From positions 32,001 to 96,000 of the forward strand of contig CALSSJ010000005.1 in NCBI GenBank assembly GCA_943788985.1: a stretch of 64,000 nt of DNA, written 5' to 3'. Positions 11,456 through 23,656 of the stretch are shown here, one piece after another. Each line of letters begins with the position of its first letter. The stretch's first letter is position 1. The notes under the pieces were generated by a model. The model was not told the DNA's origin, made no database searches, and was given only the letters and a program-made list of their open reading frames with translations. The DNA comes from an uncultured Lentisphaerales bacterium. GTDB lineage: Bacteria > Verrucomicrobiota > Lentisphaeria > JABSQK01 > UBA12247. Position numbers and translations under genes: made by a program.

Positions 11456-13342
11456 ATGAATCGATTCGCAGCGGCTAGTGTGCCGATCGTCGTGCTGTGC
11501 CTGGCTGGGCTGCTCAGCTCCTGCACGCATTTTGATATGCCCCAATTCAAAGTGGGGGGACAGGGCGAGGCGATCGCGTCGATGTCGCCCGAGAGTGCAG
11601 CGGTAGCCGGGCGGATTGAGTTGGCGCGCGAGTTGATTGAGGACAACGAGTTCTCGGCCGCGGAGCGGACGTTGCTACCGGTGATGGATGTGCCGGAGTT
11701 CTCGGAGGAGATCGCGGGTTTGTTGCAGACGATCAACCAAGGAAAAGCGTACGCGGCCCGGCAGCTGGCGAAGGAGCATTCCAAGGCTGTGGCGCTGGGA
11801 GAAGTGGATCAACGATTGGTGCTTCCGGAGAATTACGGCCGGACGATCCTGATCACGCCGAACATGGATCCGCAATCGATCCCGGTGGGGCGGATGGAGG
11901 AGCTGTTTCACAAGCCGATCGACCTGTCGGTTTATGGCGCTGATGTGCGCACACTGGTGATCGCCTTGAGCGAGATTGATGGGTTGAATATTCTGGCAGA
12001 TCAGGCGCTCAGCTCGGAAAAGACGCTGGACGTGAATGTGAAGGGCGTGCCGCTGGGTGAATTGCTGGCGTACATCGCTGCCAACCTGGATGTGTCGTTT
12101 CACTTGGGGGAGCACATGATCTGGGTGACTGAGGCTGAGCCAGGAGCTGGCGCTGGGCCAGAACTGGAGACGCGTGTGTACCGGCTGAATCGCGGCTACA
12201 TCCCGGGCTTTGCCGAGCAAGAGGAGGAAGAGCAAGGTGGCGGCGGATTTGGCGGCGGGCGCAATGGCGACCGGAATCAGGTCGGAAACATTGAGGGGCG
12301 TAATGTGAAGCTGGAGGCGCAGGATGAACTGCTCGATGCGCTAACTGATTTTCTGGAGACTAATCCAAACAGCCCGGACGAGGCAGCATACACACTGTTC
12401 CGCAACAACAACGTGCTGATGATCCGCAACAACCGCAAGAATCTGCGGCTGGCTGAAGAAATCATGCGTGCCTTCGATGTGATCCCGCCGCAGATTCTAA
12501 TTGAAGCGCGCTTCGTGACCTTGGGACAGTCTGATTTGTTTCAGCTTGGGGTCGGCCTGGAAGATGTGCAGTATGAGCGTGTTGATGAGAACGGGGTGCC
12601 GACCTTTCGGCTGGGCGGAGTGGGCGCAAATATACCGTTCGCCAGCGATGCCGGTGGCGCACCGGGCCGCTTGCAGCTGGCTGGTGTGTTGGATGAGGTG
12701 TCTTACAGCGCGGTGATTGAGGCAGTGGAGCGGGCTCGCAGTAGCGAGATGCTGAGTGCACCGCGGATCACGGTGCTGAATAATCAGCAGGCCAGTCTGC
12801 GGAAAGAGACGACCGAGTTTTACTACGAAGAGTTCGAGCGGGGCGATACGCTCTCTTCGAATACCAACACCAGCACTTCGCTCAATGGCAGCGGTGCCTT
12901 GGTCCCGACTGGTCAACCTACGCAGTTAGACACGGGCTTGGCATTGAATGTGAAACCCAGCATTGGCCACGACCAACGCGGCATTCTGCTGGCGATTCAG
13001 GCGACGATTTCGGAACTGGTGGAATTCAGGCCCGTTGAGATTCAAGAAGGAGACACCACCACAGAGTTTACCAAGCTGCCGGTGATCGACAAGAACACGC
13101 TTACGACCGTGGCCACGGTAAATAGTGGTGAGACCGTAGTCTTGGGCGGGATGTTGGAGACGACTCAGACAGAGACCGAGAGCCAGGTCCCGTTTCTTGG
13201 CGATTTGCCCTTGGTCGGGAATCTGTTCAAACGGCGCGACAATACGACAGACCCCAAGCATCTGCTGATCTTCCTGACGGCGACGATCGTGGATCAAGAC
13301 GGGCGATTTAACACGGCCAATCCGCGACGGAGTGTACCGTGA
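11456..13342 (+). CDS. Secretin (GspD/PilQ family), lipoprotein type
   Basis: Lipobox LSS-C, QILIEARFV, LSAPRITVLNNQQA, ETVVLGG, VPFLGDLPLVGNLFK and LLIFLTATI motifs. Confidence 0.92.
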   Translation: MNRFAAASVPIVVLCLAGLLSSCTHFDMPQFKVGGQGEAIASMSPESAAVAGRIELARELIEDNEFSAAERTLLPVMDVPEFSEEIAGLLQTINQGKAYAARQLAKEHSKAVALGEVDQRLVLPENYGRTILITPNMDPQSIPVGRMEELFHKPIDLSVYGADVRTLVIALSEIDGLNILADQALSSEKTLDVNVKGVPLGELLAYIAANLDVSFHLGEHMIWVTEAEPGAGAGPELETRVYRLNRGYIPGFAEQEEEEQGGGGFGGGRNGDRNQVGNIEGRNVKLEAQDELLDALTDFLETNPNSPDEAAYTLFRNNNVLMIRNNRKNLRLAEEIMRAFDVIPPQILIEARFVTLGQSDLFQLGVGLEDVQYERVDENGVPTFRLGGVGANIPFASDAGGAPGRLQLAGVLDEVSYSAVIEAVERARSSEMLSAPRITVLNNQQASLRKETTEFYYEEFERGDTLSSNTNTSTSLNGSGALVPTGQPTQLDTGLALNVKPSIGHDQRGILLAIQATISELVEFRPVEIQEGDTTTEFTKLPVIDKNTLTTVATVNSGETVVLGGMLETTQTETESQVPFLGDLPLVGNLFKRRDNTTDPKHLLIFLTATIVDQDGRFNTANPRRSVP

Positions 13343-16300
13343 ATACGCAAGTTAAGCTCCTACTTCTGGCGGTCTTGGTGGCTTGCCCGCTGTTTGGCGG
13401 GCTGCCCCATGCGGGCGACGACTTCGTGGTAGTCGATGAAGATTCCTCCGTCACCTTCAATCCACTGGGCAATGACTTCGATCTGGATGTGAGCACTCAA
13501 GATCCTTCGACTACTGTTTCGGAAGATGGCAGCCCGGCTGAGAGACTGACGATTACGAATTATCGTTCGCCACAGAACGGCTATGTCACCCGGACCGCCG
13601 AGATGCTTACCTATACGCCGATCGCAGATTTCAACGGGACGGATTTCTTCTACTACACGATTACCGACGGCAGCGGGCATTTTGACGTGGGCAAGGTCAC
13701 GGTGATCGTGCAGTCGCAAGGAGATGACGTGATCGCGATCAATGACAACGCGCAGTTGGCGGAGGACGCAACGGCCGTCATTGATGTACTGGCCAATGAC
13801 AATAATCCGGACGATGACGATCTGATCGTCGCGGGCTTTACGCAGCCGTCTGCCGGGACCGTAGAGCTGTTGAACGATCAGACCATGCGCTATACACCCG
13901 GTTTGGATTTCAACGGGCAGGATTCGTTCAGCTACGTGGTCCAGGATCCGGACGGAAACACGGACACGGGGACCGTGCTGCTGGTGGTCTCGGCCGTGAA
14001 TGACGCACCGCGCACCAGCGGGATTGCGAACATCGCAGCAAAGTCGAACGATCCAAACTTTACGATTGATCTGACTGACGTGTTTTCCGATCCTGAGGAC
14101 GGTCTCCCGAGCGTGGAACTGGTCGGCATCTCGAGCACTTCGGTGTTTGACAGTGTGCTGGTAAATGGTGAAGAGGCGTTGCCCGTGGGCGGCGGGCGAG
14201 TCCAAGACGGATCCGACAGCAATCCTGGCGCTTGGCCGTTTATGGCGGCGTTGGTGCAGGCAGATGCAACAATTGCTGCCGATGGCTTGTTCTGTGGTGG
14301 CGTCTTGATTCACCCGGAATGGGTATTGACGGCGGCCCACTGTCTGCCAGATACCAGCGCTGAAGACGTGCATGTGGTGCTGGGGCGCCACGACCTGCGT
14401 ACCGCGGGCGGCGAACGAATTCAAGCCGCCGAGCTGATCGTGCATCCTGGGTATAAGGATGATACGCTAGAGAACGATGTCGCGCTGATTCGTCTGACCC
14501 GCGCCTCGAACCAGCCTACGATTCGCATGACCGTCGAGGCGGAGGCCGCCCGGTTCGCACCGGGCGTGAGCGCCACAGTGGTGGGCTGGGGGATTACAGA
14601 CCCGGACGGCACCGAGGCGTCAGTGATTCAGCAACAGGCTGTGTTGCCGATCGTAGCGATCCAGACTGCGGCGGCCAGCGGGCTCGGCCCATTTACGGAC
14701 ACGATGCTCGCTGCTGGCTTCGCAGACAGTACGACTTCGCCGTGTCCCGGGGATAGCGGCGGTCCGCTGTTGGTCTCTGATGGGGCTGGTGGTGAACTGG
14801 TGGCTGGAATGATCAGCTTTGTCACACCCGGCTGCATCAACTACAGCGGCTATACGCGTGCAGCGAGCTTTGTGGACTGGGTGACGGCGCGCACTGGGAT
14901 TCAGATCGCGGCAAGCTCCCTGATCCTTAATTACAAGCCGGGCTCAAGTGGGACGTCGGTGATTACGCTGCGGGCGACCGATGCGCAAGGGCTGCATGCG
15001 GACACGAATTTCACTGTTGCGGTGACGCATGAAAACGATTTGCCGCTGTTGACATTACCGAGCCTTGCTATGGTCGAGGATGCCGGGGCCCAGTCTCTGT
15101 CGCTTTACTCGCTGGCAGCAGATCTAGAGGACGAGGATGAGGATTTGGCGTTCACGGTGGTGAGCGTCGCCAACGGCGATCTTTTCGCGACAGGACCGGA
15201 GATTACGGGCGAGCCTGACTTGCTGGCTTTTGAGACCGTGGAGAATGCATTCGGCAGCGCTGAGATTGTGGTGCGGGTGACCGATAGCGAGGCAGGCAGC
15301 ACGTCTGCGATTCTGGTGTTAAGTGTCAGCCCGGTGAACGACGCGCCCGAGGGCACGGCAGCAAGCTGGGCCGTTAATGCGGACGCCGGCTCGACGACGC
15401 TGGACCTGTTCAGTCTGGTCAGCGATCTAGAATCTGCCGATGACCAGCTGGATTTTGAGATTGTGGGGAACACCAATCCGGATGTGCTGAGCGGCATCCT
15501 GATCGACGGGAATCCGCGGCAACTGCTGCGCATCTCGCCAGCCACGAGCCTTGCGACTGGCGACCATGTGACCACGGTGACGGTGCGCGCTACGGATCCC
15601 GGTGGCTTGAGCAGTGACCTTGTGATCACAATTACGGTGACTCAGGATAATCACGCGCCGACAGTGGTCGATGATTTCGCGTTTGTGGACGAGGACACGA
15701 CGCTCGACTTGACCGTGATGGCCAACGACAGCGATAGCGATGGCGATTCGCTGACAATTCGCGCCTTCTCCCAGCCTACACAGGGCTCGGTGGTGCGTCG
15801 GGACAGCCAGACGCTGCAGTATCGACCGAATCGCGACGCGACCGGAAATGACGCCTTCACCTACACCGTGAGCGATGGCACCGATCTGGCGACGGCCACG
15901 GTGACGCTGACGATCGTGGCGCTGAATGATGCGCCGGACGCGTTTCCGATGTTTGTCGTGGTGCCCGAAGACGCCCAGCAGTTTGAGATCGATCCGTTTG
16001 AGAATGCCGAAGATCCGGATGGGGACGAGCTGCAACTGGTCGACCAGAGCACGCCCGAGAACGGGATTGTGGCCTTTGACGGTGCCAAGATTCTGTACAC
16101 GCCAAATGCGGACTTCGCCGGGACTGATTCGTTTGTCTTCACCGTTTCCGATCCTGCTGGAGCCGTGGCCTCTGCAGCGGTCATGGTGATTGTCGAAGGT
16201 GCACCCGATGCACCGGTTGCGGCGGCTGACTTCGTGGTGGTTCCAGAAGATCAGCAGACGCAAATAGACGTGTTGGCTAACGACCTAGATGTCGATATTG

Positions 16301-19300
16301 GTGACGTCCTGACGCTGGTCGATATCTCAGATCCGAATGGCGCTTCTGCTTGGATTCAGGAAGGGCAGATTACGTTTGAGCCGGTCGCCGACTTTACGGG
16401 GACGAGCCTGCTGACCTACACCGTTCATGACCGTGACGGGCTGACTGACTCTGGTGTCTTGACGGTTGAAGTGACGGCCCAGCCCGACGCGCCGGAGCTT
16501 GCGGACTCCGCAATTGCCACGGATGAGGACGTCACGCTGAGCGGTGTGCTCACCGCGGTAGACGCTGATGGCGACACGACCACACTCGAGCTGCTCACGC
16601 AGCCTGCTCTCGGCGTGCTAACCCTGGCGGCCGATGGCTCCTTTACCTTTACGCCTACTGCGGATGCGAATGGATCGGCAGTTGCTTTGGTGCGGGTCAC
16701 GGATGCCACGGGGCGCTCGAGTTCCTCGAACCTGACGATCGAGATCGCCCCGGTGAATGATGCGCCGGAGATCGCCTCCCGGCAGTTCAACGTGAATGAG
16801 GACGGGTCGCTTACCATCGAGCTGCTCGCCGGTGCCACCGATCCAGACGGCGACACGCCGATTCTTGGTGCGATCCAAACCTTCCCCGCCACGGGCTCAT
16901 TGACTCTAGCTGGGACACAGGCAACCTATTCTCCAAACGCCGACAGCACGGCTGACGACTCGTTCGTATATCAGATCATTGATGGCAACGGTGGCTCGAC
17001 AACCGCTGAAATCTCACTCACGGTGATCCCCCAAAACGATGCCCCCAAGGCGGCTGATGATGTCTTCGTGACCCAAGAGGACGTTGCGATCTCAGGAAAT
17101 GTGTTAACCAACGACAGCGACCCTGATTTGGATACCTTGACCGCCAGCGGCATAAGCGGCCCCGGGGCTGGGCAGATCACGCTGTTGCCCGACGGCAGTT
17201 TTACCTATGTTCCGGATCCGGATGCGACCGGCGCAGATAGCTTCACCTACGCAGCCTCCGACGGCGTATTGGCAACCACGGCTACGGTGACGGTTCTGGT
17301 TCACGGGGCTAATGACGATCCGACGACTCCGGTAACGCTCGCGGCTGTGACCGAAGAGGATACCCCGATCACGCTGGATCTGGTGGGCCCGATCAGTGAT
17401 GTCGATAACGATCCGGTGCGCGTGGTGCAGTTCATCAGCACGCCAGCGCTCGGCGGGCTCACAGCGGCTGGAACTGGCACCTATCTCTACACGCCAGCTG
17501 CGAATGTTTCTGGACCCGATTCGTTCAGATATCTGGTGGTGGATGGCCAGGGCGGCAGTCTGACGGTGACGATGGAGATCTCGATCACCCCGGTCGACGA
17601 TGCGCCTGTTGCCAACCCAGACGTCTACAGCGTGCAGGTTGGGAGCGTGCTGACCGTCTCGGCCCCCGGCGTGTTGAGCAATGACTCGGATGTCGACAGT
17701 AACACGCAAACTACCTCGCTGTTGGTTCCGGCTGCTAACGGCACGGTCACAGTCAGTGCCGAAGGCTCCTTCTCCTACCAGTCTGACGTGGTCGGTAGCG
17801 ACAGTTTTACCTACCAAGTAAGTGGCGGCATTTCCAGCGCGATCGGCTTGGTCACGATCACCGTAACCGCGGAGCCGGTGGTCGCGCCGGTTGCGAACTC
17901 CGCAACCTACACTGTGGCTGAGGATGAGTCTGTGAGTGCCGAACTCACGACCGCTGCGGTCTCCGCAAGTATTATCGCAGCCCCGTCGCGCGGCACAGTG
18001 ACGCTGGTCGATCGTACCTTCAGCTATGTCCCTGACGGCGATGAAAATGGCAGCGACAGCTTTGTGTTTGTGCTGGACAATGGCTCTGCGACTGCGAGCG
18101 GCACCATTACGATTGAGATTCAGCCGGTCAACGATGACCCGGTACTGGACCGGAATGTGCCGGTGTTCACGGCCGAGGATACGGCGGTGGTGATTGATCT
18201 GCTGGAAGATGTGAGTGATGCGGACGGTGATGTGTTGTTCGTGGGTGAGATCACCGCGCCAAGCTCGGGGACGTTGTCTGGGCTATCGGGCAGCAGTGTG
18301 ACCTTTACCCCGCAGTCTGACTTTTCTGGAGATGTCGAGCTGGCACACACAGTCGTAGACGGCGCGGGTGGTTCCGTGGCGATCACGCGCACGATTCGCG
18401 TGCAACCGACAAATGACCGGCCGATCGCCGAGGCGGATCAGTACAGCATTGCCTTTGGCCACGTGCTGGAGGTGCGCGTGCAGGATGGCGTGCTGCTGAA
18501 TGATTTCGACGGGGAAGGCCAGCCGCTGACTGTGGATCCGCTAACGGGCCCAGAGAACGGCAGTCTGACACTGAATGCCGGTGGCGCCTTTACCTATGTG
18601 CCAGCGGTGACATTTTTCGGCGAGGATTCATTCACTTACCGAGTGGGCGATGGCGAGGCCTTCTCGAATAGCGGTGTGGTTAGTCTGTCGGTCGAGATCG
18701 ACTCGTTGGCAGGTGACTTCGATAGCAGTGGTGCTGCGGACGAGGAAGATGTAAACGCGTTGCTGTTGGCGTTTGGTACAAACAATCTGTTGTATGACCT
18801 GGTCCAAGATGGGATCATCGACTTCCGTGATCTGACGGTTCTGGTAAGCCTGGTCGAGCAGGGTGGGGCCCGCTACCTGGCGCATCCGTATCCTGCGGGA
18901 ATTGAGCTGGCACTGCTGGCGCCGCATCAGGTGGCTCCGAACGAAGTGTTCTCGGTAAACATTCTGATGCGAGATGCAAGCGGTGCTTACGGCGTGCGCG
19001 GCGGCGCTCTAGATTTGCATGTGGCGAACGCGACGCCAATCGGGTTTCACCCGACGACCGCGGTTTCTGCGGAGTTCGCGCAGCTGGCTACGCATGGGCA
19101 GGTCACGCCTTGGGGCATCTCCGGGCTCGGTGGGGTGACGCTGGCGCATGGCGTCGGTACGGCTGCACCTGCGACATTTGCCACGGTTGAGTTCCAGGCT
19201 CCGGCGACGCCTGGGACGGTGAGCGTGGGACTGGGGCTTGGAAACTGGCACCTCGGCCTGGGAGCTCCTGCCGGGCTGCAAGCGATCGGCAATATTGGGA

Positions 19301-20239
19301 TCCCAAGCCCGCAAGTTGTGCACGTTGTCGCGCCCACGGTGCCTGGCCTTCGGCTTACGCCTACGGCGGTGACCCTGCCGGTGAATTCGCCGGTGACGAA
19401 TCTGCTGGCTGGCGTGACTGCCGACCGGCTGGTCTCCGTGAATGGGTACGTGGATTGGCGTCAGCCGGGCGTTTACGCGGTGGATTACAGCTACAACGGC
19501 CTTACGCAGACTCGGAACTATACGATTACGCCAGACTGGAGAATGAAGTTTGTCACCGGCAACACGCACTACACCATCGGGATGGCAACGAGCGGCCTTG
19601 GGGCAGGAATGTTGGCGTTTGCGGATTCCGCAACCTGGACGCTGGTGCCAGGGCCGGGTGGGCTAAGCTGGGACCCGTTGACGGTTCCGCCAGGGGCGTT
19701 GTACCTTGAACCGCGGGATGCGCACGGCGTGAGCTTGGGCTATGCCTTGGACGCTGCAGCCTACGGCACTGCGCCGTTCGCGGCGAGCTATCTCGTGCGC
19801 TACGAGCACGCGATCGAAACCGTGGATGTGGCGCTGGTCCCCGGGTGGAACCTAGTGGGTGTGCCACTGAATTTGCTGGATTCGACACTAGGCGTGCTTG
19901 GGGCCACGGTGACTGGGCCTGTTTGGACCTATGAGCACGGCGAGCAATCGCAGGCCGATCGATTGCGGGCTGGGCGTGCTTACTGGGTGAACAGCACGGC
20001 TGCGACCATGCTGCGGCTCCGTGGCACGCGAGCTGGATACCCGACTGTCGGTTTGTCCGCTGGCTGGAATCTGATTGCGCTGCCAACGACGGATCGCCGG
20101 GCGCAGATCTCTGTGCCGGAAGGATCGCGGGGTCTATGCCTGGGATGAGTTTATGTACCAGCCTGTGAGCGAAGGTCTGCACCCCGGTGTGGGCTATTGG
20201 ATCTGGAGCCCGACTGCGCACGAATTGCCGGTGCAATAA
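13339..20239 (+). CDS. Giant exported protein: cadherin/Ig-like (NDAP) repeats, S1 serine protease, dockerin-like and cohesin-like domains, C-terminal GWNL module; frameshift near 20125
   Basis: Signal peptide, many VNDAP/D.F.Y...DG repeats and the LTAAHC / DVALI / GDSGGP triad. The track ORF stops at 20148, but a shifted frame continues VYAWDE...GVGYWIW to a stop at 20239. Confidence 0.88.
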
Positions 20240-20251
20240 GGGAGCCGACTG

Positions 20252-21977
20252 ATGGCCAGACAGCAGGTAATCGGGCTGGATATTGGTGCCGCTAGCACCA
20301 AACTAGCGATCGTGGAGCGGCATCGATCCGGAGCGCGGCTGGTGCATACTGCCCGGCTGGACCAGCGAGATGAGGGAATCGACGGTTTTGAGCTGGCCGA
20401 GGTGCTGACGGACTGGCTGCGCCAGGAGTGCCCGCAGGTGTTGGAGACCACGGCGGCGATTCCGCAGACCTTTGTCAACATGCGCGTGGCGGAGTTCCCG
20501 CCAGCGGACGGTAAGCGCTTGGCTGAGATGGCTGCCTACGAGGTGCAACAGTTTTCCGGCTTGTCAGATGAGAGTTTTCTGCATGCGTTTCACCCCTTGG
20601 ACAAGGCAGGTGGAAAAGGGAAGCAGCCGGTGTTGCTGGCGATTTGCCCGGAAACAGCAGCGCAGGAACGGGCCGATTTGGTGTCTGAACTTCCGGTGCA
20701 GTTGTGCAATTTAGCACCGTCTGGGGCAGCGTTGGCCGCGGCGTTTCGGCAGTTACACCCGAAGCAGTCGGGGCAGCATGGGGTGACCTTGGTCTTAGAC
20801 CTGGGCGCATCGAGTACGACGTTCCTGATCTTTGATGCCGGTCATTTTTCCTACGCCGGATCAGTGCCGTATGGCGCGGAGCTGTTTACGGACGCAATGG
20901 CTCACGCGATGGGGATCCGCGAGGACGAAGCCGAGAGACTGAAGCGCGCACAGGGGCTCAAACCGGCCGACAAGCTGACGCCCCCGCAGTTGATTGGCTG
21001 TTGTAGCGAGTTCGTGAGCGAGCTGTTCGCTGCCCTTGAGTCTTGGAAGTTTGATGGCGAGGCGGCGGTGCGGCCAACCTTTGACCACGTCTATCTGTGC
21101 GGAGGGGGGGCAAGACTACAGGGATTCGACGACTATCTGGCGGCAGAATTGAATTGCCCGGTAGAGCTTTTGCGAAGTTCGCAAGACGCAGAACAGGATG
21201 ACTACCTGGTGGCGTTTGGGCTCGGGATGCAGGGCCTCGGGGTGAGCACGGTCCCAATGCCGTTGACAGCCACAAAACGTGTGCTGGCAGACTTTGCGCC
21301 GCCGACGTCATGTGTTTCTGGCTGCAGCCATGTTTCTGATTCCCATGCTGCTGGCCGCGATTGTGGCTGTGGAGTACTTCAATGTGCGCAAAGAACAACA
21401 GAGTCTGGATCGCAAGGGCCGTACGCTTGATGAGTGCGGCAGCTTGATTCCCGGGCTAGAGAAGCAGCGCGCTGAGCTGGCGAATGCGGAGACCATGCTG
21501 AAGCCATTTGTCGCGCGTGGGAATCGTAATCGGGTGGTGATCAAGGCGATCGATGTGCTGACAGATTTTCAGCAGGAGGAGGACTGGCTGGTGTTGCTGG
21601 CAGACCCAGAGAGCTATCATGGCGATCCAGAAGAGCGGGAGGAGGAGGTCAGGCGCCCGCGTGGGCTGGGTGCCCATGCGATGCTGGTACGGAAGTCGGA
21701 GAAACGGACAATTCTGTGCGAGGATGTGGCACCTTGGGATGCCTTGTACTGCTCGGGCTTTATTCCCAAACAGAAGATTAGCCCGCTCGAGCATATTCGG
21801 TCGCTGCGCGAGAAGCTGAACAGCGAGCCTGGCTCGATTTTTACCGGCGCGGATGTGGTGACGAGCGATCGCTCGACCAAGGACTATCGAGTGAGCGCCT
21901 ACTGGCTAACCCGCTACATCGCGCGGCCGTTCGCCTTACGCCTGCCGTTGAAGGATCTGGAGTTCAAAAGCCAATGA
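20252..21977 (+). CDS. pilM: PilM-like actin-fold pilus assembly protein fused to a TM helix and PilN-like domain; frameshift near 21275
   Basis: IGLDIG, LVLDLGASST and VYLCGGGARL motifs. The overlapping ORF 21279-21977 supplies a TM helix, coiled coil and periplasmic domain. Confidence 0.75.
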
Positions 21978-22894
21978 TCCCGCAGACGCATATTCGTACG
22001 ATTGTGGCCGGCGCGATCGCCTCGGTGCTGGTTATGGCGGTCTACTTGTTGGTGGTGTTTCCGATGCAGAAGTCGGTAAAGGTCACGGCTGCGAACCAGA
22101 AGCAGCAGAGCGAGAACCTGCGCCGCAGTGGCTTTCCCCTGGATCCGCAGAAGTTGCGCCAGCTGGATGCGGTGTTGGCGAAGGATAAGAAAAAGATTTA
22201 TAAGAAGTTTAGTGCGGTCTACCAGCAGGTGCAGAGGCCGTTGGCGCGGGAGATTGACCGCTATGATACGGTGGAGAACTTCTGCAACAGCATCCAGCGT
22301 TTCGACTATCAAGAATATTACGTGCAGACCACAGACGAGCTTGCGAAGCACGACGTGCACTTGTATGGACGAGTGCTGAAGCTGTCCGAAAACAGCGGGG
22401 CGGAAAAGGACTATCATCTGCTGTGCCACATCTGGACGGTTCGGAGCTTGGCACTTCTGGCTCGTAAGCATGATCTCAAACTGGCGGATGAAGCCCTAGT
22501 GGCTCCGCCTCCGCCTGAGGATGCGTCGGTGGAGGACCAGCAGGCCTGGCAACGCGAGCAGCAACTGCCTCCGGCCAATATCGAAGCATTGGAGGTGCGT
22601 AGCTATGCCACCAAAGCCGACGCTGATGCCTATGTGGAGGAGTTTCCAGTCCGCATGACCATGATGGGGACTGTGACTGACTTGACGCGGTTTCTGCACG
22701 ACTTGTCGGGCCCGACCACCTTCTTACCCCTGCAGCAGATCGAGATCGAAAAGATCGGTCGGCGCGCGCAGGATGACACGGTTAAGGTGACTGTGGTCTG
22801 TAGCCTGTTTCTGTTGCTGCGCAGTCAGGATAAGCTTGTGGAGCTGGGAGATGGTGTCTTGATTACTAAGCCACGGTGGAGGCCGGGAACGTGA
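21974..22894 (+). CDS. PilO/GspM-like membrane-anchored protein (positional analogue of Akkermansia Amuc_1100)
   Basis: N-terminal TM, coiled coil and C-terminal EFPVRMTMMG...LTRFLHDL ferredoxin-like pattern. ATGA overlap with the upstream gene. Confidence 0.6.
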   Translation: MIPQTHIRTIVAGAIASVLVMAVYLLVVFPMQKSVKVTAANQKQQSENLRRSGFPLDPQKLRQLDAVLAKDKKKIYKKFSAVYQQVQRPLAREIDRYDTVENFCNSIQRFDYQEYYVQTTDELAKHDVHLYGRVLKLSENSGAEKDYHLLCHIWTVRSLALLARKHDLKLADEALVAPPPPEDASVEDQQAWQREQQLPPANIEALEVRSYATKADADAYVEEFPVRMTMMGTVTDLTRFLHDLSGPTTFLPLQQIEIEKIGRRAQDDTVKVTVVCSLFLLLRSQDKLVELGDGVLITKPRWRPGT

Positions 22895-23611
22895 TGGCGA
22901 GCGTGATTAAGGAATGGGAGCGTACGGCTTTCGGGGTGGTGATCGTACTGGTTCTGATCGGCGGCGGCTACTGCACTGTGCGTATCGCACAGCTCTTCGG
23001 GCGCGTCCCGAGTAACCCGGTCCGGCACACACCTGGTACTCCTGTGTTCTCGGAGTCGGCTTTTGCCTTTTTGACCGAGAAGCCGCTTCCCGAGGTCTCC
23101 AACAACAATGCTTTCAACACTCCGTACGGAATCCGAAATCCAGAATTTCGTGAGACCCCGGCCGTGGTCCGGGAACCTAAGCGAACGCCTGAGGAGAAGC
23201 CGGCCTGGAAGCCTGCGTGGTTTAAGAAGAATCCCGACAAGCAGGCAAACGTGCCCAAAGTCCGTAAGCCGAAGGAAGTGGCCCCCAGTGCCGGCGAAGC
23301 CTGTGGAGCTGAATGTCGCCAAGAAACCGCCGGAACCGAAACCACCGCCGGGGCCGAAGGTTCAGGAGTTCATCGAATACATGGGGGTGATGAAGTCCCC
23401 GGGCGGGCACGAGTTTGCTTTTATCAACCTGATCAAGGTGACTGACGGAGTAAAGGAAGTGAGACCACAGTATCTCCAGACGGGGCGTCCGGTGAAGGGC
23501 TTTAAGATCGAAGCGTACGACGCAAAGTCCGTGACGCTGAACGGCAAGGGAGATCCGCCGACAAAGTTGCGCATCGGTCGTCAGTTAGAGGTCGGTGCCG
23601 TCACGCCATGA
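22894..23611 (+). CDS. PilP/GspC-like membrane-anchored Pro/Lys-rich protein; frameshift near 23280
   Basis: N-terminal TM and Pro/Lys linker. The C-terminal beta-rich domain (EYMGVM...AFINL...GFKIEAYDAKSVTL) lies in the 23108-23611 frame. Confidence 0.55.
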
Positions 23612-23656
23612 TCGTGAATTCATACCCCGTATTCCTCATTATTCATAGGCTCTGTC

